Source of the DNA: Clostridia bacterium
GTDB lineage: Bacteria; Bacillota; Clostridia; UBA1212; UBA1255
Direction: 5' to 3'
Assembly: GCA_017622825.1 (NCBI GenBank)
Contig: JAGAQK010000159.1
Span: 1-47,393 of the forward strand
DNA length: 47,393 nt
In this document: piece by piece, positions 10,249 through 19,970 of the stretch
How the letters are laid out: each line of letters begins with the position of its first letter
How positions within the stretch are numbered: the first letter of the stretch is position 1
The notes under the pieces: generated by a model
Told to the model about the DNA's origin: nothing
Databases searched by the model: none
Seen by the model: the letters and a program-made list of their open reading frames with translations, nothing else
Program-made: the position numbers and the translations under genes

Positions 10249-10623
10249 TTATTTAGTGAAATCCACTGTTGAGATAACTGCGCCGCAATTTTCGCGCTTA
10301 CAAACACGAACTTTGATTGACTTGCCGTTTTCTTCAATAGTCTTGTGGCCTGTTCTTGTAGGCTGTCCGCACTTAGGGCAAACTACCATAACATTTGAAA
10401 CATGGATAGGAGCTTCCTTCTTAACAATACCGCCCTGTTCTGTACGACCCTTGGGTTTCTTGTGTTTGCTGACCATGTTATAACCCTCAACGATTACTTG
10501 CTCCTTCTCAGGAATAACCGCGAGTACTTTTCCGGTAACTGTCTTAGGCTTACCGTTCTTGTCTTTTTGGCGGCGTGTGTTGAGAACAACTACTTTGTCG
10601 CCTTTTTTAATATTCATACTCAT
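10249..10623 (-). CDS. rplX: 50S ribosomal protein L24 (124 aa, with a Cys4 motif)
   Basis: KOW region KKGDKVVVL... and EAPIHVSNVM are present. A GGAGGA SD lies 7 nt before the first ATG. It contains CPKCG...CKRENC. Confidence 0.94.
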   Translation of the reverse strand: MSMNIKKGDKVVVLNTRRQKDKNGKPKTVTGKVLAVIPEKEQVIVEGYNMVSKHKKPKGRTEQGGIVKKEAPIHVSNVMVVCPKCGQPTRTGHKTIEENGKSIKVRVCKRENCGAVISTVDFTK

Positions 10624-10638
10624 AACATTATCCTCCGA

Positions 10639-11007
10639 TCAAAGTACCTCAGGAGCAAGTGATACGATCTTCATGAAGTCGTTATCTCTGAGCTCTCTTG
10701 CTACAGGTCCAAAAATACGTGTACCTCTTGGATTGAGGTCATCTTTAATAAGAACTGCTGCGTTCTCATCAAATCTGATATATGTGCCGTCTTCACGACG
10801 TACGCCTCTCTTTGTGCGAACGATAACGCATTTAACAACGTCACCCTTCTTTACCATACCGCCCGGAGCAGCTGCCTTAACGGAACAGATGATAATATCA
10901 CCAATATTAGCATAACGACGCTTACTGCCGCCGATAACTTTAATACACATCAATTCTTTAGCACCGGTATTGTCTGCTACTTTGAGTCTTGTTTGTACTT
11001 GTACCAT
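10639..11007 (-). CDS. rplN: 50S ribosomal protein L14
   Basis: 122 aa: [37 protein letters not shown]... Confidence 0.98.
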   Translation of the reverse strand: MVQVQTRLKVADNTGAKELMCIKVIGGSKRRYANIGDIIICSVKAAAPGGMVKKGDVVKCVIVRTKRGVRREDGTYIRFDENAAVLIKDDLNPRGTRIFGPVARELRDNDFMKIVSLAPEVL

Positions 11008-11027
11008 AACTATTACCTCCTATGTGC

Positions 11028-11285
11028 TTAACGAGCCTTCTCGATGATCGAAGCAAGTCTCCAACGCTTATCTTTACTCAAAGGTCTCGTTTCCATTACC
11101 TCTACAGTATCGCCTACTTTAGCTTCGTTTGCTTCGTCGTGAGCCTTTAATTTATATGTGGTTTTAACAACTTTCTTATAAAGAGGATGCTTTACGCTGT
11201 CAACTACCGCAACAACGATCGTCTTATCCATCTTATCGCTGATAACCTTACCAACTCTGGTTTTTCTTAAGTTTCTCTCTACCAA
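11028..11285 (-). CDS. rpsQ: 30S ribosomal protein S17
   Basis: 85 aa: [21 protein letters not shown]...[29 protein letters not shown]. Confidence 0.97.
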   Translation of the reverse strand: MVERNLRKTRVGKVISDKMDKTIVVAVVDSVKHPLYKKVVKTTYKLKAHDEANEAKVGDTVEVMETRPLSKDKRWRLASIIEKAR

Positions 11286-11311
11286 ATTAAACTACCTCCT
11301 TCCGAAGTCTA

Positions 11312-11527
11312 TCACTGCTGGCCTTCAGCAATCTCTTTTGCTTTAATTGCTGTTTTAACTCTTGCAATATCACGCTTTAAGAATCTCAATTTCATGGGGT
11401 TTTCGATTTGGCTTGTAGCATTTTTAAAACGAAGCCTGAAGAGCTCCTCTTTCAAGTTAGCTTCTTCTTTTTTCAATTCTTCAAGTGACATTTTATTTAA
11501 GTTATCCTTAAATTCTTTAGCCTTCAT
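11312..11527 (-). CDS. rpmC: 50S ribosomal protein L29
   Basis: 71 aa: [44 protein letters not shown]. It overlaps the rplP 3' end by 11 nt. Confidence 0.95.
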   Translation of the reverse strand: MKAKEFKDNLNKMSLEELKKEEANLKEELFRLRFKNATSQIENPMKLRFLKRDIARVKTAIKAKEIAEGQQ

Positions 11528-11957
11528 TTACATCACCCTCCGTTTCAACATTCTCACGTGCAATTACTTTACACTTTACGGGCAATTTGTGCATTGCGAG
11601 GCGAAGCGCCTCTCTGCATGCTTCTTCGCTGACGCCGGCCACTTCGAAAAGTACACGACCCGGTTTAACAACAGCTACCCAGTACTCAGGAGAACCTTTA
11701 CCGGAACCCATTCGAACTTCTGCAGGTTTCTTTGTTACAGGTTTATCAGGGAAGATTTTGATCCAAACCTTACCGCCTCTTTTGATAGAACGTGTAAGTG
11801 CTATACGGGCAGCCTCTATCTGGTTGCTTGTGATCCAGCCACACTCAGTAGCCTGAAGACCAAACTCACCATGTGAAATAGTATTGCCTCTTAATGCAGT
11901 ACCTTTCATTCTGCCTCTTTGCACTTTTCTGTGCTTAACTCTTTTAGGCATTAACAT
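11517..11957 (-). CDS. rplP: 50S ribosomal protein L16
   Basis: 146 aa: [19 protein letters not shown]... Confidence 0.98.
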   Translation of the reverse strand: MLMPKRVKHRKVQRGRMKGTALRGNTISHGEFGLQATECGWITSNQIEAARIALTRSIKRGGKVWIKIFPDKPVTKKPAEVRMGSGKGSPEYWVAVVKPGRVLFEVAGVSEEACREALRLAMHKLPVKCKVIARENVETEGDVNEG

Positions 11958-11959
11958 AA

Positions 11960-12637
11960 TTATTTCTCGCTCCCTTCTGAATTTGCCTTATCGGCTTTGA
12001 TAGCAGGAAGTACTTCTCCATTATAAATCCAAACTTTAACACCGATTTTACCGTATGTTGTATTTGCCTCTGCAAATCCGTAATCGATATCGGCTCTGAT
12101 TGTCTGGAGCGGAATTGTTCCCTCATGATAGTGCTCTGTACGTGCAATTTCAGCGCCGCCAAGTCTTCCGCTACATGCAGTTTTGATTCCCAATGCGCCT
12201 GAACGCATTGTACGCTGCATAACCTGCTTCATTGCTCTACGGAAAGTTACACGCTTTTCCAACTGGCTTGCTATGCTCTCAGCGCAAAGCTGAGCATCCA
12301 TATCCTGGTTTTTGATTTCGAGAACGTTGATAGAAACAATCTTGCCTGTCATTTTCTCGAGCTCAGCCTTAAGCTCATCTTTAATTGCTCCGCTTTTGCC
12401 GATTACGAAACCGGGTTTAGCTGTTTCAATGTTGAGAAGAAGCTTGTTTGCTGTTCTTTCGATTTTAATTTTTGAAATTCCTGCGCTGTAAAGCTTATTC
12501 TTTACATAAGTTCTAACTTTGTTGTCTTCGATAAGAAAGTCAGCAAAATTTTTCTTATTTGCATACCACTTGGAATCCCAATCTTTAATAACTCCGACTC
12601 TAAGTCCGTGAGGATTAACTTTTTGTCCCATGTTCAA
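11960..12637 (-). CDS. rpsC: 30S ribosomal protein S3
   Basis: 225 aa: [24 protein letters not shown]..., with a KH domain. Confidence 0.97.
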   Translation of the reverse strand: MNMGQKVNPHGLRVGVIKDWDSKWYANKKNFADFLIEDNKVRTYVKNKLYSAGISKIKIERTANKLLLNIETAKPGFVIGKSGAIKDELKAELEKMTGKIVSINVLEIKNQDMDAQLCAESIASQLEKRVTFRRAMKQVMQRTMRSGALGIKTACSGRLGGAEIARTEHYHEGTIPLQTIRADIDYGFAEANTTYGKIGVKVWIYNGEVLPAIKADKANSEGSEK

Positions 12638-12646
12638 CCTCCTCCA

Positions 12647-13123
12647 TTAATCTCTTTCTTTCAATACTACCGTAATGTGGCTTGTTTTCTTGTTAATGCG
12701 AGTACCGCGACCCCTTGCAACAGCGCGCATTCTCTTAAGAGTAGGACCCTGGTTTGCATAACATTCAGCTACATAAAGCTTTTCGCTGTCAAGCTCAAAG
12801 TTATTTACTGCATTCGCTTCTGCAGAATGGAGCAACTTGTAAATAAGCTCAGAAGCAGCTTTAGGTGTAAATTTAACGATAGCATATGCTTCAGCGAGAT
12901 CTTTGCCTTTGATAAGATCAAGAACTATCTTAACTTTACTTGGGGAAATTCTTGCATGATTCAACGTTGCTTTTCCCTGATCTCTTCCGATACCCAGAAC
13001 TTTGCGCTCACGCTTTGAAAGAATAAAAGGCTTATTACTCTGACGTGACTGGGAGTTGTATTTTTCGATGAGCTCTTCTCTTCTTGAGAGAAGCTCTGAT
13101 TCACTCATAATTTTTCTTTCCAA
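12647..13123 (-). CDS. rplV: 50S ribosomal protein L22 with a roughly 45-aa N-terminal extension
   Basis: The L22 core is ARISPSKVKIVLDLIKGK...GPTLKRMRAVARGRGTRINKKTSHITVVL. The TTG start at 13121..13123 has a GGAGGA SD 7 nt upstream. The internal ATG at 13108 has no SD. Confidence 0.9.
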   Translation of the reverse strand: MERKIMSESELLSRREELIEKYNSQSRQSNKPFILSKRERKVLGIGRDQGKATLNHARISPSKVKIVLDLIKGKDLAEAYAIVKFTPKAASELIYKLLHSAEANAVNNFELDSEKLYVAECYANQGPTLKRMRAVARGRGTRINKKTSHITVVLKERD

Positions 13124-13142
13124 GAGAAATTCCTCCTTTTCA

Positions 13143-13427
13143 TCAGCGCTTAACAGAGCTGGATTTTTCGCTCTTTACATGACCCTTGTAAGTTCTTGTA
13201 GGAGCAAATTCGCCGAGTTTGTGACCAACCATTTCCTCAGTAACATATACCGGAACATGCTTTCTTCCATCGTGAACAGCGATTGTGTGACCAACCATCT
13301 GAGGGAAAATTGTTGATGCTCTTGACCATGTTTTTATAACGACTTTTTCATTTTTAGCATTCATTGCTTCAATTCTCTTCAAAAGTCTTTCTTGGACGAA
13401 AGGTCCTTTTTTTACTGATCTACTCAT
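13143..13427 (-). CDS. rpsS: 30S ribosomal protein S19
   Basis: 94 aa: [20 protein letters not shown]...[35 protein letters not shown]. Confidence 0.98.
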   Translation of the reverse strand: MSRSVKKGPFVQERLLKRIEAMNAKNEKVVIKTWSRASTIFPQMVGHTIAVHDGRKHVPVYVTEEMVGHKLGEFAPTRTYKGHVKSEKSSSVKR

Positions 13428-13445
13428 TGTGCAACCTCCTTAAGA

Positions 13446-14279
13446 TTACTTACCATTACGTCTTCTGACGATCATCTTATCAGAAGCTTTATTTTTCTTT
13501 CTTGTCTTATAACCGAGAGTCGGCTTACCCCAAGGAGTAACAGGACTGGGCATACCAACAGGAGATTTGCCTTCGCCACCGCCGTGAGGGTGATCGCAGG
13601 GGTTCATTACAACACCGCGAACTGTAGGACGGATGCCCATCCATCTCTTACGACCTGCTTTACCAAGTGATACGTTCTCGTGATCAAGATTTCCTACCTG
13701 TCCGATTGTAGCTTTGCAGTCGATTGGAACCATACGAACCTCGCCCGAACCAAGACGTACCTGTGCGAAATCTCCCTCTTTAGCCATAAGCTGAGCAGAT
13801 GCACCTGCAGTTCTTACGAGCTGAGCGCCTTTACCGGGTTTCATCTCAATGTTGTGAATTACTGTACCTACCGGAATATCAGCAAGTTTGAGTGCGTTAC
13901 CGGGAAGTATATCAGCCTCAGGACCTGACATAATCTTGTGTCCTACTTTGATTCCCTCGGGATGAAGAATATATCTCTTCTCACCATCTGCATAAACCAA
14001 GAGAGCAATGTTAGCAGATCTGTTAGGATCGTACTCGATTGAAACAACCTTAGCCGGGATACCGTCTTTTTCTCTCTTGAAGTCAATCATTCTATACTGT
14101 CTTTTAACTCCGCCTCCACGATGACGAACAGTGATTCTACCGTATGAGTTTCTACCTGAATTTTTCTTAACAGGAGCCATCAATGATTTGATCGTGCTCT
14201 TACCTGTAATTTCCTCAAAAGCTGAAACTGTCATCGTTCTTCTTGAAGGGGTTGTCGGATTATACTTTTTTATAGCCAT
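13446..14279 (-). CDS. rplB: 50S ribosomal protein L2
   Basis: 277 aa: [14 protein letters not shown]...[21 protein letters not shown]. Confidence 0.98.
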   Translation of the reverse strand: MAIKKYNPTTPSRRTMTVSAFEEITGKSTIKSLMAPVKKNSGRNSYGRITVRHRGGGVKRQYRMIDFKREKDGIPAKVVSIEYDPNRSANIALLVYADGEKRYILHPEGIKVGHKIMSGPEADILPGNALKLADIPVGTVIHNIEMKPGKGAQLVRTAGASAQLMAKEGDFAQVRLGSGEVRMVPIDCKATIGQVGNLDHENVSLGKAGRKRWMGIRPTVRGVVMNPCDHPHGGGEGKSPVGMPSPVTPWGKPTLGYKTRKKNKASDKMIVRRRNGK

Positions 14280-14294
14280 TTTCCTGTCCTCCTA

Positions 14295-14648
14295 TTACTG
14301 AGCGAAGCCGAAGTCTTCGATTGAATTCTTATACTTCTTTGTCTTCTTCTCGCCGTTTACCGTATATTCAACAGCCTTAGGATCAAGATCAATTGTTACA
14401 ATTGCTTTCTTCCATTTTGCTGTGTATCCTACAGCCATTCCCGATGCCTGTCTGCGGCTTCTCTTTTTGCCGTCGTAACGCATTGTGTTAACAGCCAGAA
14501 CTTTAACGTCGAAAATCTTCTCAATCGCTTTTTTAACATCAACCTTAGTAGCGTTTATATCTACAACGAAAGTATATTTACCTTCTGCAACTGCTGATGT
14601 ACTTTTTTCTGTTATATAAGGACGAATAATAATATCGAATTCGTTCAT
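14295..14648 (-). CDS. rplW: 50S ribosomal protein L23 (117 aa, with a C-terminal extension)
   Basis: IIRPYITEKSTSAVAEGKYTFVVDINATKVDVKKAIEKIFDVKV. Its start overlaps the rplD stop (TAATG). Confidence 0.95.
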   Translation of the reverse strand: MNEFDIIIRPYITEKSTSAVAEGKYTFVVDINATKVDVKKAIEKIFDVKVLAVNTMRYDGKKRSRRQASGMAVGYTAKWKKAIVTIDLDPKAVEYTVNGEKKTKKYKNSIEDFGFAQ

Positions 14649-15271
14649 TATGCGTACACCTCCGAGATTTTGCTTAAAGCGTCTTTTGTAACGATAAATT
14701 TGCTGTGATTCAAAATATCATATACATTGATTGTGTTTACGTAAGCTGTCTCAACACCCTTAATATTGCTTGCTGATTTAACAACGTTGATGTCCTTCTC
14801 GGGAATTACAACAAGTGCTGTACCGTCTGCATTGATATTCTTGAGTACTTCAACCATATTCTTTGTCTTAATCTCATTGAAGCTGAGGTTATCAAGTACG
14901 ATGATATCGCCATCGATAGCTTTGCTTGTAAGAGATGACTTAAGAGCAAGTCTCTTTACTTTCTTAGGGATCGTGTAGCTGTAATCTCTCGGCTTAGGTC
15001 CGAACACGATACCGCCGTGAATCCACTGTGCGGATCTTGTGCTTCCCTGTCTTGCACGGCCTGTACCCTTTTGTCTGTAAGGTTTCTTACCGCCGCCGCT
15101 TACTTCGCTTTTTACCAAAGTGGAGTGAGTTCCCTGACGTTTGTTAGCCAGATTGTTAACAACTGCCATATGCATGCAGTGAGTGTTAACTTCTACTCCA
15201 AATATATTGCTGTCGAGCTCGATTTCCTCGACTACGTTACCTTTCATGTCGTATACATTAACTTTTGGCAT
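14648..15271 (-). CDS. rplD: 50S ribosomal protein L4
   Basis: 207 aa: ...[43 protein letters not shown]. Confidence 0.97.
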   Translation of the reverse strand: MPKVNVYDMKGNVVEEIELDSNIFGVEVNTHCMHMAVVNNLANKRQGTHSTLVKSEVSGGGKKPYRQKGTGRARQGSTRSAQWIHGGIVFGPKPRDYSYTIPKKVKRLALKSSLTSKAIDGDIIVLDNLSFNEIKTKNMVEVLKNINADGTALVVIPEKDINVVKSASNIKGVETAYVNTINVYDILNHSKFIVTKDALSKISEVYA

Positions 15272-15291
15272 AATTTATTCCTCCTCCTGCG

Positions 15292-15924
15292 TCAAGCTTT
15301 AACAGATTCTCTGATTTCAAGCAATCCGCCCTTAGGTCCCGGAATTGCGCCTTTGACAAGAAGAAGATTTCTCTCGCCGTCAACTTTAACAACTGTAAGA
15401 TTCTGAACAGTGATTCTTTCTGAACCCATATGACCAGGCATTTTCTTTCCCTTGAAAACCTTGCCCGGATCAGTGTTAGCACCCATAGAACCTACGCCTC
15501 TGTGATACTTAGAACCGTGTGTCTTCGGTCCAATCTTCTGGCCGTGTCTTTTAATAGCGCCCTGATAGCCTTTACCTTTTGATGTACCGCTTACATCAAT
15601 GCTATCTCCGTCCTTAAACATATCGGCAACATTGATTGTCTGACCGATTTCAAAAGCCTCTACATCCTCAGGCTTAAATTCCTTAAGGTGTTTGAAGCCA
15701 CCCATTTCCAATTTGTCGAAAACGCCTTTTTCGGGTTTGTTAAGCTTTTTCTTATCTACTTCCCCATAAGCAAGCTTAACTGCGCAGTAGCTGTCAGTTT
15801 CCTGTGTCTTTTTCTGTACAACAGTGCAGGGACCTGCAAGAACTACAGTAACCGGCGTACATTTGCCGTCTTCGTCAAAAATCTGGGTCATACCGACTTT
15901 TGTTCCTAAAATAAAATTCTTCAT
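15292..15924 (-). CDS. rplC: 50S ribosomal protein L3
   Basis: 210 aa: [24 protein letters not shown]... Confidence 0.97.
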   Translation of the reverse strand: MKNFILGTKVGMTQIFDEDGKCTPVTVVLAGPCTVVQKKTQETDSYCAVKLAYGEVDKKKLNKPEKGVFDKLEMGGFKHLKEFKPEDVEAFEIGQTINVADMFKDGDSIDVSGTSKGKGYQGAIKRHGQKIGPKTHGSKYHRGVGSMGANTDPGKVFKGKKMPGHMGSERITVQNLTVVKVDGERNLLLVKGAIPGPKGGLLEIRESVKA

Positions 15925-16023
15925 TTTTAAGCTTTACCTCCTGATTGGTTATTGGTTCCCCCTTTTCGGGAACATGACCGGTTTCTTATCAATATTTAAG
16001 AAACCAGGGTAATGCGATCAGCA

Positions 16024-16341
16024 TTATTGTTTAACTTTGATTTCTATATCCACGCCTGCGGGAAGATCAAGGCGCATCAATGCATCTACTGTTTTCGGAG
16101 AAGGCATAAGGATGTCTATTAATCTCTTATGTGTTCTCATCTCGAACTGCTCTCTGGAGTCCTTATACTTATGAGGAGCTCTGAGGATTGTAACGATTTC
16201 CTTCTCTGTCGGCAGCGGAATAGGACCGGATACAACTGCGTCTGTACGCTTTGCTGTGTCAACGATTTTCTGAGCTGCCTGATCCAACAATTGGAAATCA
16301 TAAGCTTTCAATTTGATTCTGATCTTTTGTTTGTTTGCCAT
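16024..16341 (-). CDS. rpsJ: 30S ribosomal protein S10
   Basis: 105 aa: [40 protein letters not shown]... It is the first gene of the S10 operon. Confidence 0.98.
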   Translation of the reverse strand: MANKQKIRIKLKAYDFQLLDQAAQKIVDTAKRTDAVVSGPIPLPTEKEIVTILRAPHKYKDSREQFEMRTHKRLIDILMPSPKTVDALMRLDLPAGVDIEIKVKQ

Positions 16342-16437
16342 ACATAGAACCTCTTTCTATTAGATGATTTTCGTTACGTATAACAGCTTGCATCTGAACT
16401 CTTGTCACCCAGTCGTGTGTTTCATGTTTACCCCAAT

Positions 16438-16479
16438 AAAAAAACCAAATTGAAATATCCTTCTCTGAAGGATTTCAAC
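16438..16479 (-). terminator. Intrinsic-terminator-like hairpin inside the rpsJ upstream region (candidate attenuator)
   Basis: The minus strand reads UUGAAAU-CCUU-CAGAG-AAGG-(AU bulge)-AUUUCAA, followed by UUUGGUUUUUUUAUU. It lies about 95 nt upstream of the rpsJ ATG. The stem is AU-rich and only moderately stable. Confidence 0.5.
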
Positions 16480-16643
16480 CTGGGCACAGATAAACATTTT
16501 ACATACAACATCATACAATATTCAAGTGCATGACTTGTCGCCCGGTTTCACGAATCGGACATTCTCCACATGAGTTACCTGCCATTTCACGCGATCAAAC
16601 GTGCGGCAGCAATCTCTTGCTTCTTCGTCTGTCAAGTCGCAAC
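16480..16643 (-). promoter_or_regulatory. Candidate structured 5' leader RNA (or separate small RNA) between the promoter and the attenuator hairpin
   Basis: No credible ORF is present. Local helices can be drawn by eye: GCAA-GAGA-UUGC, CUGCC-G-CACG..CGUG-AAAU-GGCAG, and GACUUG...CAAGUC enclosing about 115 nt. I could not match it to a known RNA family from memory. Confidence 0.35.
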
Positions 16644-16649
16644 ATTCGA

Positions 16650-16678
16650 ATTATACATCTTACAGCTACTATAAGCAA
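16650..16678 (-). promoter_or_regulatory. Sigma-A-type promoter for the S10 operon leader
   Basis: The minus strand has TTGCTT (16678..16673), a 17-nt spacer, then TATAAT (16655..16650). It is preceded by an A/T-rich UP-like tract (AAAAAGTTTAAAAATTAATCCTCTTAAAATAGAAAAAAATGC). Confidence 0.6.
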
Positions 16679-16914
16679 GCATTTTTTTCTATTTTAAGAG
16701 GATTAATTTTTAAACTTTTTGTGAACAAAATATCAAAAAAGACAAAAAAAGAAGGAAGCAATGAAGCGCTCGTCTGTGAATTATTAGGGGAGAGATTCAC
16801 AATCGGTTAAAGAAAAAAGAGAACGCTTTCAATTGCCCCCGACATGCATATAGTACTGCGAATATATGAATATTATTGATGCAAACCAAGAACAAATTGT
16901 TAACAAAATTTCAT

Positions 16915-17751
16915 TTAGTCGCTTAACCCCTTCGTTTCTCTTACTTCTTTTATAGTAATAAAAGCATCAGGATCATATTTATCCACTATATGCCGAACTT
17001 CGGAGACTTGTCTGTTATAAACCACACAAATCAGCATATATTTCTTGTTCCCGGTGTACATGCCTTCTGCATCTACCTTAGAAACTCCTCTTTCCAGTTT
17101 GCTCATTATTTCTTGCGCAATTCCGTCAGGCTTTTCTGTAAATACGCATACTTCTTTTGCATAATTGATTCCTGCTTCAACAAAGTCTACTACTTTTGAC
17201 GATACAAATACGGCTATTCCTGTATAAAAAGCCGACTCTACAGAACGGTACACTACAGCAACTATAACAAGGAATATTATATCAAACCATAATACCGCCT
17301 GCCCTATTGTAAGCAAGCTGATTTTACGTTGTAATAATCTCGCCGCAATGTCCGTACCGCCTGTACTTGCACCGCCACGAAAAATCATTCCGAAGCCGAG
17401 ACCTATCGCGGCACCTCCCCACAACGCATAAAGCAGTATGTCTTCGCCCTGCAACTTGCCCACAAAAAACGACGTAACATCAATAGCAACAGAAAACATC
17501 ACTGTGCCTATGACGCTCTTTAATATAAATTCTCTGCCCAAATATTTGTACCCCGGTATAAACAGCGGTATATTAAGCAGAAAGGTAAGCAAACCTACCG
17601 GTATTATATCTCCCGCGATGTGCGAAATCAGCACTGCAACACCGGACAGTCCACCGGGCGCGATGCCAAATGGTTCAAGGAAAAGATTTAATCCCACTCC
17701 GGCGACGAAGGAGCCGCATATTAATAATAATAGATTTTTTATTATTTTCAT
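16915..17751 (-). CDS. YitT-family membrane protein with a C-terminal DUF2179 domain
   Basis: Several TM segments are followed by a soluble tail (...VCVFTEKPDGIAQEIMSKLERGVSKVDAEGMYTGNKKYMLICVVYNRQVSEVRHIV), typical of the YitT family. The start is taken at ATG 17749..17751 (MKIIKNLLLL). The track ORF begins 12 codons earlier at a TTG. Confidence 0.75.
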   Translation of the reverse strand: MKIIKNLLLLICGSFVAGVGLNLFLEPFGIAPGGLSGVAVLISHIAGDIIPVGLLTFLLNIPLFIPGYKYLGREFILKSVIGTVMFSVAIDVTSFFVGKLQGEDILLYALWGGAAIGLGFGMIFRGGASTGGTDIAARLLQRKISLLTIGQAVLWFDIIFLVIVAVVYRSVESAFYTGIAVFVSSKVVDFVEAGINYAKEVCVFTEKPDGIAQEIMSKLERGVSKVDAEGMYTGNKKYMLICVVYNRQVSEVRHIVDKYDPDAFITIKEVRETKGLSD

Positions 17752-17872
17752 AAATATACCTGCTTTCTGTTTTGTTCCTGTCGGCAAAAGCGTTTCGCAA
17801 AATTGATTTTACCATATAATTATGATATCATCTACTTCATATTATGATAAAAAGAAAGAAGGTTGTTTTTTT

Positions 17873-19879
17873 ATGATTAGAGTACAAACTCTTGATACGG
17901 AAAAACTCCGCGCACGCTCATGGTACACTTCTCTTTTTGAAGATTTCACAAGACTTCCCTTCTCTTTCAAAATAGGAGATACTTTATATCATGGTTTTAA
18001 CGGCGATTTTTATTCGGTAACAAAAAGTTCTTACGTGGACACGGTTGTAAAAAAGCACGCTAAATATGATATTGAGAAGACTTGCATAAGTGCGATTCAT
18101 TCGAGCGGCATACAAATTACCGTTGAATGTTCATATTATGTTGAATACGCGGTTTTCGAATGGCTTATGCGTTTTAAAAATACTTTAGGCAGCAACTCAC
18201 CCGTTATAAGTGCTGTCAATGCCGCCGATATGGACTTTAAGGGTACCTCTCCGGTGCTTGAATATTTTCTCGGTGATGATAATGAAGACCAAAAGGCAAT
18301 GAAACCTTGTTCAATAGACTTAAACACGGGCACTCTCATCGAGTTCGAGCCTATAGGCGGCAGACCGACGAATTTTCAAATGCCTTTTTACAGATTATTC
18401 TTCGGTGACGGCGGGGCGGTTATTTCCGTAGGTTGGTCAGGACAGTGGAAAGCACGTTTTGATGCAAAACACACTGCGAAATGTGTGCACTTCACCGCCG
18501 GGCAAGCTGTACTTGATGGTTTCCTGAAGCCGGGAGAGGAAATACGCACTCCTCTCATGACGTTTTTAGCTTTTGAGAACTGCCCCGGATATAAAGTGAC
18601 ACAGATGCGCGCTATTAACCTTTGGAGAAGATGGATAATCGACTGCAACTTAAGACTTGAAAACGGAGAATTATTCCCGCCGCACTGCGCAGGCAGCACG
18701 TCCTGGATTTACGGCGAGATGAAGGATGCTACTGATAAAAATCAAATTGAGGCTTTTGACGCCTATATAAACAACGGACTTAATCTTGATTTTTGGTGGA
18801 TGGATGCCGGTTGGTATTTCAAGAATCCAAAAGGAGAAGTGCCTATCAACGTGTGGGTCGAAACGGGTTCCTGGTATATGGACACGAACAAATTCCCGAG
18901 TGAAATGTCAGATATTTCAAAGCACTGCGCCGAACATAATGCAAGAACGCTTTTGTGGTTTGAACCGGAGAGAATCACAGAGGGAACTCTGCTTGCGGAG
19001 CATCCCGAGTGGGTTTTGAATAAATGCCTTGCTAATATGGCAGATCCGGATCTTCGAAAATGGCTTGTTGACAGAGTTTCGAGTGTTATGGATAAAGGCG
19101 GGATTAGTCTTTACAGACAAGATTATAACATAGACCCTTTGCCACATTGGGTTGCACACGAAAACAGTTTCGGCGAAAACCGCCATGGTTTTGTGGAAAA
19201 CCATTGTGTGACCGGATATCTCGCTTATTGGGATACATTATTGGAAAAATCTCCCGGCATTATGCTTGATTCATGTGCTTCAGGCGGCAGACGCAACGAT
19301 CTCGAAACAATACGTCGTTCCGTTTCGCTTCACAAGACTGATGCTGATTATTCGCGTTTTGAGCAAAAGCAAGCAATGCATTATTCTTTCTATCAATGGC
19401 TCCCGTATTTTGGCACACCCGTCACAGGTCCGGGGTATTCAAACGTTGTTGAAAAGTATGCACTTCGTTCTGCACACATACCTTGGTTTACGTATGGCTA
19501 TGATGTCAGACGAAAAGATAACCGCTACGACATCGCTCGTGAATTTGAAAAAGAATGGCGCGATACGAATATGTATTTTTACGGTGACTTTTTCCCTCTT
19601 ACTCCGTGGTCAAATGATTTGGATTCATGGATTGGCTGGGAATTTAAAGATTATAATAACGAAGAAGGCATTATTCAAATGTTTCGTCGCGACAATAGTT
19701 GCGAAAAGGAAATTTTCGTACGTTTATTTGACATTGACCCTAATGGAGTGTATGATTTTATAAGCTATGACGGATTGCCGACTGTCACTGTTCGCGGTGA
19801 TGAGCTGATAAATACCGGGCTTAAAATTATTATCGCTGAGCCAAGAGGCAGTGCTTTAATTAAGTTTAAGAAAAAGTAG
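17873..19879 (+). CDS. Glycoside hydrolase, GH36/melibiase-like (putative alpha-galactosidase)
   Basis: Motifs seen: LDFWWMDAGWY, LLWFEPERI, ISLYRQDYN and LDSCASGGRRNDLE, consistent with a melibiase-type (beta/alpha)8 catalytic domain. Start set at ATG 17873 (MIRVQTLD), after a GAAAGAAGG SD. Confidence 0.6.
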   Translation: MIRVQTLDTEKLRARSWYTSLFEDFTRLPFSFKIGDTLYHGFNGDFYSVTKSSYVDTVVKKHAKYDIEKTCISAIHSSGIQITVECSYYVEYAVFEWLMRFKNTLGSNSPVISAVNAADMDFKGTSPVLEYFLGDDNEDQKAMKPCSIDLNTGTLIEFEPIGGRPTNFQMPFYRLFFGDGGAVISVGWSGQWKARFDAKHTAKCVHFTAGQAVLDGFLKPGEEIRTPLMTFLAFENCPGYKVTQMRAINLWRRWIIDCNLRLENGELFPPHCAGSTSWIYGEMKDATDKNQIEAFDAYINNGLNLDFWWMDAGWYFKNPKGEVPINVWVETGSWYMDTNKFPSEMSDISKHCAEHNARTLLWFEPERITEGTLLAEHPEWVLNKCLANMADPDLRKWLVDRVSSVMDKGGISLYRQDYNIDPLPHWVAHENSFGENRHGFVENHCVTGYLAYWDTLLEKSPGIMLDSCASGGRRNDLETIRRSVSLHKTDADYSRFEQKQAMHYSFYQWLPYFGTPVTGPGYSNVVEKYALRSAHIPWFTYGYDVRRKDNRYDIAREFEKEWRDTNMYFYGDFFPLTPWSNDLDSWIGWEFKDYNNEEGIIQMFRRDNSCEKEIFVRLFDIDPNGVYDFISYDGLPTVTVRGDELINTGLKIIIAEPRGSALIKFKKK

Positions 19880-19970
19880 TAAAAAGACAAATTTATGACA
19901 CAAAGCCGCGTTAATATATCTATAGCATTTTTTAACGTGTGAAGCCAAAAAAATTTTAAGAGGTGGACAA

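Noticed and set aside
1132-15909. Many plus-strand ORFs of 60-209 aa antisense to the ribosomal operon, for example 1630..2259, 7798..8421, 10559..10915, 11394..11876, 12608..13018 and 15017..15406.
   Set aside because: They lie entirely inside highly conserved minus-strand genes. They lack SD sequences, and their low-complexity, Ser/Leu/Phe-rich composition is typical of antisense frames.
16601-16810. A 69-aa plus-strand ORF in the rpsJ upstream gap.
   Set aside because: It has a non-ATG start, no SD and a low-complexity product. It overlaps the minus-strand promoter and leader, which explain the region better.
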